Below are positions 1-12,223 of a DNA stretch of 64,000 bases, one piece after another; the first letter of the stretch is position 1, and the number at the start of each line of letters is the position of its first letter. Position numbers and translations under genes: made by a program. The stretch is taken from NCBI RefSeq assembly GCF_009914755.1, contig NC_060944.1. The stretch is one strand, 5' to 3'. Source of the DNA: the human T2T-CHM13v2.0 reference genome, Homo sapiens. A model generated the notes under the pieces. The model worked only from the letters and a program-made list of their open reading frames with translations. It ran no database searches and was not told where the DNA came from.

Positions 1-1584
1 TACTTATCCTTATCCACTTTCACATGTAAATTGTTTCTAGGAAGAACCAGTGATTCATGAAAATGTATTTAAAAATTATGTTCTACTGAAACAAATAGCC
101 AAAAGTATCATTATGCCATTTATTATTTTTTCTGACCCCAATTCTATCAGTTTATACGGAAGTAACAAAAGTAAAAGAGTTTATGGGCACTATAAATTCT
201 TACAGGGATCACAAAAAGATCCAAAGCATTGATTTAATTATTGAACTTTCCCTTCATTTTAATGTAATACATAACAATGGCTCCTCCAGTCAATCTTTAT
301 CTACTGTTTTTCTCAAAAGAGTGATTCTGATTTCTGTTTTGAAAAGGTCACTCAATATAATAAAATGTCCTTAAGGTGCACTCCTAATATACTATTTTCT
401 AATATTCTCTTTTAATATAATAAGCACTTGCTTATCACCTAGTATTGAAGTGGTAATAATATCACATCACTTGAGAACTTGCAGTATCTTTATTTTCTTC
501 AAAAAGGCACATGTGCTTGGATGATTCAAAATGTGATGCAACCTTTGTTCACTTCACAACTTCTGTGAATAAGACACTTGTACAAAAAATATCATTTTCA
601 AAAGGACCCCTTATTAAGTACAATCAGTATTAAAGGTGACTTAGTCCACCTGCAGTCTGATTCGGATGCTTTCTACACTACTTATCTGTGCTCTCATCTT
701 CATTTAAAGGAAAAAGACAAGATCTGGGGATGATGTTCAAGCCACAATGACTGTTAAGCCACACAGCATTACTTTTTATTTTTCTAAAAGTAAAACAAGT
801 AGACATTATTCCAACCTTTTAGAGAACTCAGATTGACAACTACATCTCGTTGACAAAAGGAAAATCTCAACTCCATTAATTTCCCAGAACCCTGGACAAC
901 CAGTGACATCATTTTTAATGTTTTCATTATAATATTCTTTTCTATACAATATTGTACCAATGAACCTCATTCTGTCTTTAGTCTCCAGCCTTATCCAGCA
1001 ATCAATGCAGGTATATAAGCAGAGTTGCTTCATCAATCTGAAGTGTCCCGACAAATCGAAGCATACAGGCCAAGCACTGATTCTTACCAAGGCAACTCTC
1101 TAAAATGAAAATCAGATGAACCCTCCCCAGGTCTCCATCCAGTCATATGCCATGGTTAGCTGGCTTCCATGCCCTTACCTCTTCCCCCAACCCTCTCTAA
1201 AAAATTAATAATCGCATGACTTCAGGGTGGTTATGCATTATTTGTAATTTAGTCCATCTCTCCTTTCTGAACCAACTTGAAACCACTGATGTTGACTTAG
1301 CTTGGCTCAAGATTGCTTTATGAACCATAACCAGCTCAAACATTACAAACAATACTTATTATGATTAATCTTCCAGCAATTAATCTGAGCTGTATTAACA
1401 TAATTACGTGGAAAAGATCTCACAATGGAAGACATTCAAAGACCACGCCAAAGTAGAATCAGGAGGACCTGGCTATGGCTCACTGACCGGTCCAACTTCT
1501 TCACCTTTGAAACGAGGTGAGGACATTATTAACTCCACTGGCGCAGCATCGAGGTCTTGATTTACTTATGAAAATGTAATCAAT

Positions 1585-1990
1585 CCAAAGAACAGTGGCT
1601 GACACATACTGGGCATCTCTATAAGTTGAAGGAATCAATGAATGACTTCACCTGGATGCCAACTATAGGCCTCAGAAGAAAAGTGTTGGAAAATCAAAGA
1701 CAGATAAGATGTAGAATGATGACTTAGACATTGTTAGAGAGTGACATCCTAAAGATCAGAAACAACGCTCAGATTTGTCAGGGGAGATGATGACTTCAAT
1801 TTCAGACAGGCTGAGTTTTAAGGGCCTGTGGGACACGAGGGTAGCAATGCCTAACAGGCACCTGAAAATGAAAAGCGGAGCTCAAGAGAGGCTGGAGCTC
1901 AAGGTACAGATCTGGGTGCCATAAATGTATACCTATCATTTGGGACTTTGACCAAACAGCTCAGATTATGTGGGGAGAAAGCACGGATCA
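1585..1990. mobile_element. L2 LINE fragments
   Basis: L2-like 3' end (acacatactgggca...gaatcaatgaatga) and body (ttcagacaggctgagttt...ggagctcaagagaggctggagct...gatctggg). Confidence 0.55.
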
Positions 1991-2533
1991 GGGCTGCTTC
2001 TCCCAGGACAAAAAAAAAGTCTGTGACGAAAAGAGAAACAAAAAAGAAATTAAGATCACAGGTAAAATCCAATATAGGAAGGCCAACACAGAATCTCACT
2101 GAACATTTACACTGAATGGGAAAAGACAGGGAAGCGCTGAAGACAAAGGCAGAAAGAGTGTAGAGGGAAGGAGGGGATGAGCCAGGAAGAAGAGTTAGGG
2201 AAGATATGGGAGAAGACAGTTCTAGGGAGACTGAGTGCCGAGAACCTCTGAAGCATGCAAACCCAGAAGAGGACTGAAGCATGCAAACCTGGAAGAGGAC
2301 TGAAATTAAACATCCTCGGAGCTGAAATGGACTAGTGATGAATGCGACCAGGTTAATGAACATCTAAATGACCACAAATTTCGGGTCTTTTTCCTCCCAA
2401 AAAGACTAAACAGTAGGGGGAAAAGAAAGCTTCCTTCTGATTCCAGTATTCTATACTTTGCAGGATACAGCAGGCCCTAGGATGTGTCCCACTGAGTACA
2501 AATGCGGACAACGTTTTAAAAGTTGCCTTCAGA

Positions 2534-2858
<325 letters not shown>

Positions 2859-3164
2859 TTTGCCTTCAGAGACAGTTTTAAAAACATAAATGGCTTTGTA
2901 GCATATTTATTTACAAGGCTATACTAATTAAAACAGTGTGGCAACGACATTAAGATCAGCGGAACAGAGCAGGTAACTCGGGAAAAAAAAGGATTTCGCT
3001 GCTTAAATTTGTGGCTCTTTTGTAAATGGAATCAGGGACCTAGAAGAGAATATAATTCTCCACATCCAACTGGTTCAAGGCTTAGTTTCGTTAGTAAACA
3101 GTTCACATTATCCAAAAAGATGTTCCTGAACGTGGCCTCAAAGAGCTAACACGGGTAGGCCCTG

Positions 3165-3265
3165 ACGATCGTCCTTTTCCATCTCTCAGATGAAAATGGG
3201 TAACCCAGGGTCACACGCTTGTTACAGCCAGAGCTAGACCTTGAATTCCAAATCCAAGGCTCTGC
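3165..3265 (-). mobile_element. MIR fragment
   Basis: cagatgaaaa...ccagggtcacacg...cagagctaga...tccaaatccaaggctct resembles the MIR core. Confidence 0.55.
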
Positions 3266-3349
3266 TGCGTAGATGAACGAGTTGTGAAAAGGCTTCACAT
3301 CCTGGTGGTCAGAGTTCACCCGAAATTCACATTCGAAGGTAGAAACTCC

Positions 3350-4570
3350 ACCCAAACGGCGGCCAGGGAAAGTACACTCTGGAGAAAACCAACACCTCCC
3401 TCTTGGGATCCTCGGGTCCACGTCCCAAAGTGGTTTCACAGGGCGGGATGGGGCAACCCTGAGTGCTGTCAAGGGCTTCGTGCTCCGCGACGCCCCCAGG
3501 ACCTCAGGAGGCCGCCGGCCCGAGGCTACCTCATGGTGGGGGACAGCCCGGAAGTGACCCCGTAGCCCTGCCGGTCGCAAGGCCGCCTGGGTCTGGAGGT
3601 CGGAGCCGTCCCCTCGGCTAGGGCGCCTCGGGGTCGTGACCTTGGTCTGCCCTCCGTGTCGCCGGGGCCCGCAGGCTTCAGAGTTCGCTCCCCTCGCTAG
3701 GCCCGACGCCTAGAAGCCTCCTGCGGGCCGCCTCTGCCTCGCCTCGACTCCAGGGCCGGCGTGCCTGCCCTCCACGGAGCCGACCCGCGCCCCAAACTTA
3801 CTCAAAGACGTGCTCCGAAGTCCAGATCTTCATGGTGCCGGCACCCTGAGAGATGTCCGGGTAGCGCCAGGGGACAACGAGGCACAGAGGCTACACCTGC
3901 CCCTGCCCCGCCCCCAGCACCCCAGCCGGCGGCGCAGTGCGCAGGCGCTGTCGGGCCCGACGCGAGGGACGTCCAGACGCGCGGCCCCACGCCCTATCCC
4001 GGCCCGGGTTTTGCCCCAGCCTTGCGCGCGGCGCAAGGAAACCCCGCCTCTTAGCGCCGGGCGCATCGCGCCGGCGCAGTGCCGCCGACGGCAGCTGGAG
4101 GGGCCGGCGCGGGCGCTGTGCTGCGCAGGCGCGGCGGGCTTGTAGCGAGCCTTGACCTCTGGGCAGAGTTGGGTCAGGTCCAGGAGGTTCCTGCGCGCCC
4201 GCTTGGCCCTCCTTGTCCTTCTGGCCCAGCACATCCTCGCCTGGCATTTCGAGGCGTGTGGACGCATGCGGTCAGCCTGCTGACATAGATGTTCGTTGTG
4301 GTGGTCACTTGTGCAAAATTTCCTGGTGCCCTATAGAGAGTTCCAGCCACCTCCTGGGTCAGCCCGGGCTGTTGTCCCAAATCCACCAGCCACCCAGCCG
4401 ATCAGCTGGGCCAGTCCCACCTGCCCGCCAGGAGCTTGCAGCCCTCGGAGGGGATAAATAAGGCGTGACGCGGAGAAGCTAACATCAGACCTGCCCATGA
4501 ATAATACCCCTACGAGGGATGCGGTCCGGAAGCACGGTGCCAGGGGTCGGGTAGAAAAGCTTCCTGGCCG
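3350..4570. promoter_or_regulatory. CpG island / PRELID3B promoter and 5' UTR
   Basis: High GC and dense CpG around the start codon. GC box ccccgccccc at 3906-3915; NRF1-type TGCGCAGGCGC at 3938-3948 and 4122-4132; ETS/GABPA CCGGAAGTG at 3548-3556 and CCGGAAG at 4526-4532. Confidence 0.9.
3802..3833 (-). CDS. PRELID3B: PRELID3B (SLMO2) coding exon 1, 32 nt, phase 2: MKIWTSEHVF(D)
   Basis: Minus strand reads gccggcaccATG AAG ATC TGG ACT TCG GAG CAC GTC TTT GA|gtaagt: a Kozak-type start, an exact match to the recalled PRELID3B N-terminus MKIWTSEHVFDHPW, and a consensus donor at 3801-3796. Exon 2 (HPWETV...) is not in the window, so it lies left of position 1. Confidence 0.96.
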
Positions 4571-4609
4571 GGCACACCTTGCCCTAGGTGCATAGGATGG
4601 ATCTGAGCT

Positions 4610-5020
4610 GAGATGTCTCTCCCAGAGAGACTTCCCTCGTCACGGTTTCTCACCTTGTTGCTCTGCTCCGTCACAATATCCTGTTGCATTTTTTATAGCA
4701 CTTACCCCTCTGACATCATCTTGTTAATTTATTTGTGAAAATTCACAATCGAACTGAGTTCTTGAAGGCAAGAATCTTGCCGGTCTTGCTCAAAAATCAT
4801 CCTCAGTGTCTCCCATATAGTCAAGGCTCAATGATTACTTATTGAAAAACGAAAAAAATCAATAGCTATTTGTGGGATGAATGAATTAATGGAGTCATCT
4901 AGTTTATTTGTTGTAACTTCCGCTAGACTGTAAGCCCCTGAGGGCGAGGCTCTTGCCAGACTTGTTCAGTGATTTCCCCCTTCCTAAATGACAATTATTT
5001 GTTGCATCAATGGATGAAAG
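4610..5020 (+). mobile_element. L2 fragments
   Basis: atagcacttac...ctgagttcttgaaggcaagaa...ggatgaatgaat and ctagactgtaagcccctgagggc are L2 3'-end motifs. Confidence 0.55.
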
Positions 5021-6047
5021 AATGACTAAGAATTGCTGGGGCAGGAGGAGGTGGCATGTGGTTTCATTCAGAGATGAGCCTTGTCCAGGGAACAGACTGC
5101 CTGGCTTAGCTTTCAGAATATGGCTTCCCACCCTGCTCTCCTGCACTCTCCACAGCCGTCTACCTCCTAACAGAACAATTTGCCATTTTCAATGAAGGTT
5201 ATGGAGGAAAATCTTTACATCTAGTTACTTAGAAGCTTGTTAGAAGGACCACCTCATTCTTGTTCTTAGCTTGTTTGATTGTTAAAGACAAAAAGCCAGG
5301 TTAATTTAGGAGGGAGGATAATTTTTCAAAATAACATAAGTCCTTTATACAGGAAAACAAAAATTACATTAGACAGGAAGGAAATAATATGGTTGGGTAG
5401 TTGCTAAGTGCAATTTGTGGTACCTGAGATTTTCTTTTTTTAAACCTACAGTACTTAAGAGTGATTTCTTGGGGAGGTAATGCTTTAAGGGCTACTGAGA
5501 GTACCTCAGCCTTGACTAAGATGCAGTTAACGTCGCTGGGTGTTAAAAACACTGGTTCAAGAACCATCAGCACAGAACAGCCTGTCCCTGCTATTCCTGG
5601 AGTTCCATGAGGCTGTTCACCATTCAGCATTCCTGTTCTGTTTATTTTAGAGAACATTATTCTGCCCTCAAGTTCAAAATTTCTGTGTTTTAGTCATGAA
5701 AATTAAATGACACCTATCTCCCGTGCCCCCAACACACATACTATATCAGTCTAATTTTACTTACTAGATCTAGAGTGGTGGGATGGGGCATGGAAAGATG
5801 GAGATCCAGGACCCAATTGTCTTCTCTGCGTGTCTCCTCATGGTAGAAATAATACCACCTCTTGCTTGGATTTGGAGGGTAAGACTTACATAATGATTAT
5901 CTCCTGGAGACTCTGTTAGGAGACACAGAGGAAGCAAATTAATGGTTTTTAGATACCTAAGCACTGCATTACTTGACAGTGCCTCTCACAGAAACAGAGA
6001 AGTCATTAACAACAGATCATTACTTTGATTTGAAATTAACTAGGTGA

Positions 6048-6632
<585 letters not shown>

Positions 6633-6860
6633 TAGTGGGCAGAGGAGGATTGGCTAAGAGGCTGGGATCAGGGGTTGGTATAGCAAGAGGCAGATGGCAG
6701 CACTGACATGAGTGGCCCCATGTTAGCCAGTTCCAGAGACAGGCCAGGCAGGAGAAGCACTCCATCGTCAGCTGGGCCTCAGCTACTGTTATTTCCAAAT
6801 TCCCCTCACTTGCACACCACCTTTACAGCTGTTGCCCTATCTTCATTCCACATGTCCCAT

Positions 6861-7492
6861 TGTTCCCGGACCAAATCAATGGTCAGGCTGCTTATTCTCA
6901 AGGCCCAATAACGAGATGCAGATGAACTGGGAGAGAAGAGAGTTAACCGGTTACAGGGAGGAGGCCTGGAAATTATCACCAGACCAACTTAAAATTACAA
7001 AGTTTTCCAGAGCTTATATACCTTTTAAGCTATATGTCTATGTGTAAGTGTGCATTCATCTAAAGACATAAGTGATTAACCTCTTCTAATCTATAACTAA
7101 GATCTGAGTCCTGAAGACCTTCCTCTGGAGCTTCAGTAAATTTATTTAATCTAAATGGGTCCAGGTGCTGGGATGATTACTCCTGCTACATCATGGAGGT
7201 TTGGGGAATTCCTTCAGACCCCTAATAAATGTGTCTATGGAGGCCTGGGGAGTTTCTTCAGACCCCTAGTAAAACTTGTTTAATCCTAAGCAGGTTCTGT
7301 TAAGAATTCCTTTGCCATCTTGTCATACTTCAAGGCCCAGGAAAGGCCTAGACAAAACTCTTGGTGGGCTTTCGTGACATTCCAGCCTTTGTGTAAGGAC
7401 ACTGACTCTTTTGGCTTTTCATATTTAACCACTCAGTCAGCATGGAAACAGTTGTTATGGAGGCCTGCATCAGTGAGACCTGGCCTGCCACA
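6861..7492 (-). mobile_element. MER39 solo LTR (ERV1)
   Basis: The reverse strand starts TGTGGCAGGCCAGGTCTCACT...GCAGGCCTCCATAACAACTG, matching the recalled MER39 5' end. It has TG...CA termini and a 4-bp TSD ccat at 6857-6860 and 7493-7496. Confidence 0.8.
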
Positions 7493-7520
7493 CCATTGCT
7501 ACTTGACTTTTTATATCACT

Positions 7521-7781
7521 GTGGTCTAAGAAGAAACGTACTTGGTCTTTGTCCCGCATTCTTGTCACAGAGCTCCTAAAACCCTTGGGATTTCCTGAAT
7601 GATAGGGATCCCTTTGATTATTTATAACAAGCTCCTTTTGATACCATCTCCAGGTAGATGGTGTTGGAATTGTAATGGCTGCTAGAGAATTGTGTGGTTG
7701 GTGGAGAGAACTCCCACACATCTATGTCGGAACGTATGTGTGTTGAGAGTCTAGTAGTAGGAAAAACCATGTGTTTTTGTC
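7521..7781. mobile_element. MER21-like LTR remnant (internally deleted)
   Basis: ttggtctttgtcc...cacagagctcctaaaacccttgggatttcctgaatgatagg is a MER21 family motif. Confidence 0.6.
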
Positions 7782-8145
7782 AGAATCAGCTTCCTTACAA
7801 ATACACTTGAAAGGAAACTTTATATAACTACTTTCATTAGAAAACCAGTATTTTTACCCTGATAAATGCTAAATACATGACTCTTAAAATAAGGCAGTGA
7901 GCCCCGTGGGCCTTCCTAACACCTTCTCGTCTCCTCACAAAGTGGGCATGTCTCACTTTGGTGCTGACTTCCAAACTTCCCAGGTGCTTTTTGGACTCTC
8001 ATCCATTCTCCTCAAACTCCAAGCCACCTTTTCCTCTGAATCTCTCAGCAGTGACCTTTATCTCTAAATTCACTGTGAACTCCTTCAACTGTCTTCTTCT
8101 CTTTGTATTCTCATGAATCCTTTCCGTATATCTTCTTAACTCTGA

Positions 8146-8526
<381 letters not shown>

Positions 8527-8539
8527 TCGTTTTTACATT

Positions 8540-8696
8540 TTTATTTTAGAGACAGAGCTTTGCTCTGTTGCCTAGGCTGGAGTGCAGCAGCATGATTATG
8601 GCTTACTGCAGCTTTGACCTCCTGGGCTAAATCGATCCTCCTGCCTCAGCCTCCCGAGTAGCTGGAACTACAGATGCGTGCCACCATGCCCGGCCA
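8540..8696 (-). mobile_element. Alu right monomer (AluJ/FRAM-like)
   Basis: gagacagag...ctgcagctttgacctcctgggct...ccaccatgcccggcc. Confidence 0.85.
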
Positions 8697-8809
8697 TGAT
8701 AATGTGTCCCTTCTCCTTTCCAGTCTTTTTGTCTGTGCTCCCTTCATTTAGTCATTGCACAAATAACAACTGATCATCTATTCTGGGTCATCCCTATCAC
8801 ACTACAGCA

Positions 8810-9033
8810 GCAGGTGACAATTTCCCTAGGGACGATATTCCCCAGGGGACATTGGCACTGTCTGGAGACATGCTCGGTTGTCCCAACTGGTGGTGAGGGT
8901 GCCACTGGCATCTGTGGGTAGAGGCCAGCGATGCTGCTAAACATCCTACAATGCACAAGTTGGCAACTGACTCCCTGCCCCAACAAAGAGGGATCTGGCC
9001 CCAAATGTTGACAACGTCAGTGTTGAAACCCTG
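8810..9033. mobile_element. MER20 (hAT-Charlie) DNA transposon
   Basis: ccaggggacattggca.tgtctggagaca...tggcatctgtgggtagaggccag.gatgctgctaaacatcctacaatgcaca...aaaccctg. Confidence 0.85.
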
Positions 9034-9089
9034 GGGTTCATCTAACAGGCTCTTATCTCTGTCCCCGTCTACCTGTCTGGCTTTGATGT

Positions 9090-9430
9090 TTTCTCCTCCC
9101 ATTCTCCAACTCAGCTGAACCCACAGCCACATAAATCTCTCGCTATCCTTACAGGCCATGCATTTCCACACCCTTGAACTTTGCACATGGTGTTCTCTCC
9201 ACCCAGAATGCACTTTCCTCTGATTTGCCCTGGAAAGTCTTACTCATATCTTGAGATTCTGTGCAAATACTCTACTCTCCAAGTGTCTCACTGATACGCC
9301 TCTCCCCACTAGCTGAGCACAGTGCCTTGTTTCGGCTTCTGTGCTCCTGTTTGCATTTGACACAGCCCTCATTATGACACATCACTGTGGAAGTGTTGTG
9401 TGTGTGTCCACACTGCAATTTAAAGTCCAA
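9090..9430 (+). mobile_element. L2 fragment
   Basis: ctttgcacatgg.gttctctc...cagaatgcactttcc...tactcatatcttgag is L2 body-like. Confidence 0.5.
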
Positions 9431-9689
9431 AGTGATGACTTCTGTGTTAGAAGGATGGGGGTGGGAGCATGGCTCCTTATCAACCTCTTCATCATTTGAG
9501 TCCTTACTATAAATGTGGCCACACAGTGAAGCAAGAATCATCATAACAAGAAAATATTTGCCACTGAACCAAATCTGTACATATAAACTTGGTGCCTTAT
9601 GAAAGCAGCAGCATAGATCCTCATCGCTTGAACCTATGTGATTGCTGGTTAGTCTCCCACTGATTGTCCAAGGCTAAAAATAACACAAG

Positions 9690-10080
9690 TGGTTGGAAAG
9701 TGAAACCAAAACTCTTGGAGAAGATGCAGAATTTCATCAAGTTGATGAGAATGATATTCAAGAACTCCTTCATTATACACTAACCCATCAATAGATGACT
9801 TTGTGTAGAATTAAAGCAGTTAACATTTGAGCAGACAAAATTGGCAAGGGATGGTTCACAAAGAAAATGATATGAATGGCTAAAAGTTGGGAAAGACCCT
9901 TGGGAAAAATATTCGAGTCCTTGAATATTTCTGCAAAGATGTCCATCTCTGCGACTGAGTTGTGAAATTCAAACATATTTTGCAGTGCTATTTTCCAGTT
10001 TGGTGAGGAAAATCATTGCAGAAACCAGCACTTGGTTCATTCTATGTGATAACAATTTGATAGAGTTACAATTTTAATCT
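9690..10080 (+). mobile_element. Possible ancient Tigger-like DNA transposon remnant
   Basis: gaatttcatcaagttgatgagaatgatattcaagaactcctt translates to EFHQVDENDIQELL, resembling the acidic C-terminus of pogo/Tigger transposases. Confidence 0.35.
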
Positions 10081-10170
10081 AACACATGTATGTATATATA
10101 TATATCTCATATAAATATCATTATATATATCACTAAATATACACATATGGATATATGTGTATATATATAA

Positions 10171-10491
<321 letters not shown>

Positions 10492-11089
10492 TCAGTATCA
10501 TCATTTTATGTTTCATTTTTCAGGGTAAAGTGTCAGCTGCACTTTTTGTTTTTCATCATTTACTGTAAAATATTGATGTTGCTTTTAAGTGGATTTGCTT
10601 TCAGTGAGCTTATTGGGTACCAATTGCATACCAGAAATGACAGCTTTCTTCAAACTCCAACAGCTAGGACTACACAGGGAGGTCGGTGAGGAGAGAGATG
10701 CAATCAGTACTTCGGTTACAAACAATAAGGGCAGCGGTGATAGGAGAGGAGCAGGAAATTGGAGCCATGTTTAGGAAGCTGTACTGGCACAGCCCGGGAC
10801 ACTCTTACCTTTTCACTTGTGGCCCAGGTGGCCCTGATGGAATAGAGAGCCAGAGTCTGCGTGGCCATAGAATAAGCCAGAGAGAAGTGACCAGCACAGC
10901 TCAAGCCTGAGATTTCAACATCCCTATCAGCTCTCCAACCTAGGGAGTGTAACTGGCTGAGAAGGAGAGACCAGAACACAGGAGGGGCTCAGGGGCTCCC
11001 AAGCCCTCAGACATGGCATCCACCCCTTGTCTCTGCAAAGGCAAACTCCCCATTTTAGGAATCACATTACTCCTAATTTAATACAAATC

Positions 11090-11120
11090 TTTCTTTCTTT
11101 CTCTCCTTCTCTTTCTTTCT

Positions 11121-11171
<51 letters not shown>

Positions 11172-11343
11172 CTCTCTCTCTCTTTCTTTCTTTCTTCTTT
11201 CTTTCTTTCTTTCTTTTTGTTTTTTTCTTTGAGACAAGGTCTCTTATGTTGCCCAGGCTGGTCAAACCCTGGCCTCACGTGATCCTCCTGCCTCAGCTTC
11301 CCAAAGTGCTGGGATTACAGGCATGAGCCACCCCACGCAGCCT
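11090..11343 (-). mobile_element. FLAM-like Alu monomer with an expanded (TTTC)n microsatellite tail
   Basis: (TTTC)n at 11090-11215, then gagacaaggtctc...cccaaagtgctgggattacaggcatgagcc. Confidence 0.88.
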
Positions 11344-11877
11344 AGAATCTAGAGTCAAATTCAATTTTGTTTCCATTAGTGATTGAAGATTTCAGGTAGC
11401 CATACAGAACTTCCTGTCTATGATTTTTCCCATTTTTTGTTTACCTAAATATAGAAATAACTTATTCTTGAATCCCTGTCTTAAGAAATGAATCTCTTCT
11501 GGAAAGCTCTGACTATCACAGGAATTCCCCATCCTGAGAAATTAAAGGTAATTTCTTAATGCTAAATCAATCTGTCTAATTAGCAGTTTTTCCATAACCA
11601 GGTCCATGTCAAAACTAGCTTTTCTCTTTTTCTATGCTAAAAGGTTTTATCCTGAAAAGACTCTCATATACTCACATACACGATGGTATAAAACCTGGCC
11701 CAGAAATTCTCACTGGGATAATGAAAATGACATCATTGCATGTGTGTCCTGAGATGAACAGTTCTTGCAGTCCTTTCTTTTACATTCATTTGAGTGATAT
11801 TGCTTGTTTCCTATTACAACATCAGGAGATGGAAGTCACTGACCAGCTGCCAACACCTGAGCACCACAGGCTCATAG

Positions 11878-12223
<346 letters not shown>

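Noticed and set aside
806-1090. 94-aa minus-strand ORF in intron 1
   Set aside because: Starts at TTG, resembles no PRELI or other protein I recognise, and its length is compatible with chance.
3146-4461. Many overlapping 60-145 aa ORFs in the CpG island, including 3802..3990 (-)
   Set aside because: GC-rich DNA is poor in stop codons and the peptides are R/P/A/G-rich with no recognisable family. 3802..3990 is a non-ATG ORF out of frame with the real PRELID3B exon.
7193-7280. ~45-bp direct repeat inside the LTR
   Set aside because: As I recall, part of the MER39 consensus rather than a local event.
10137-10164. 12-bp inverted repeat atatacacatat-ggat-atatgtgtatat
   Set aside because: Lies in a (TA/CA)n low-complexity tract where such symmetry is expected.
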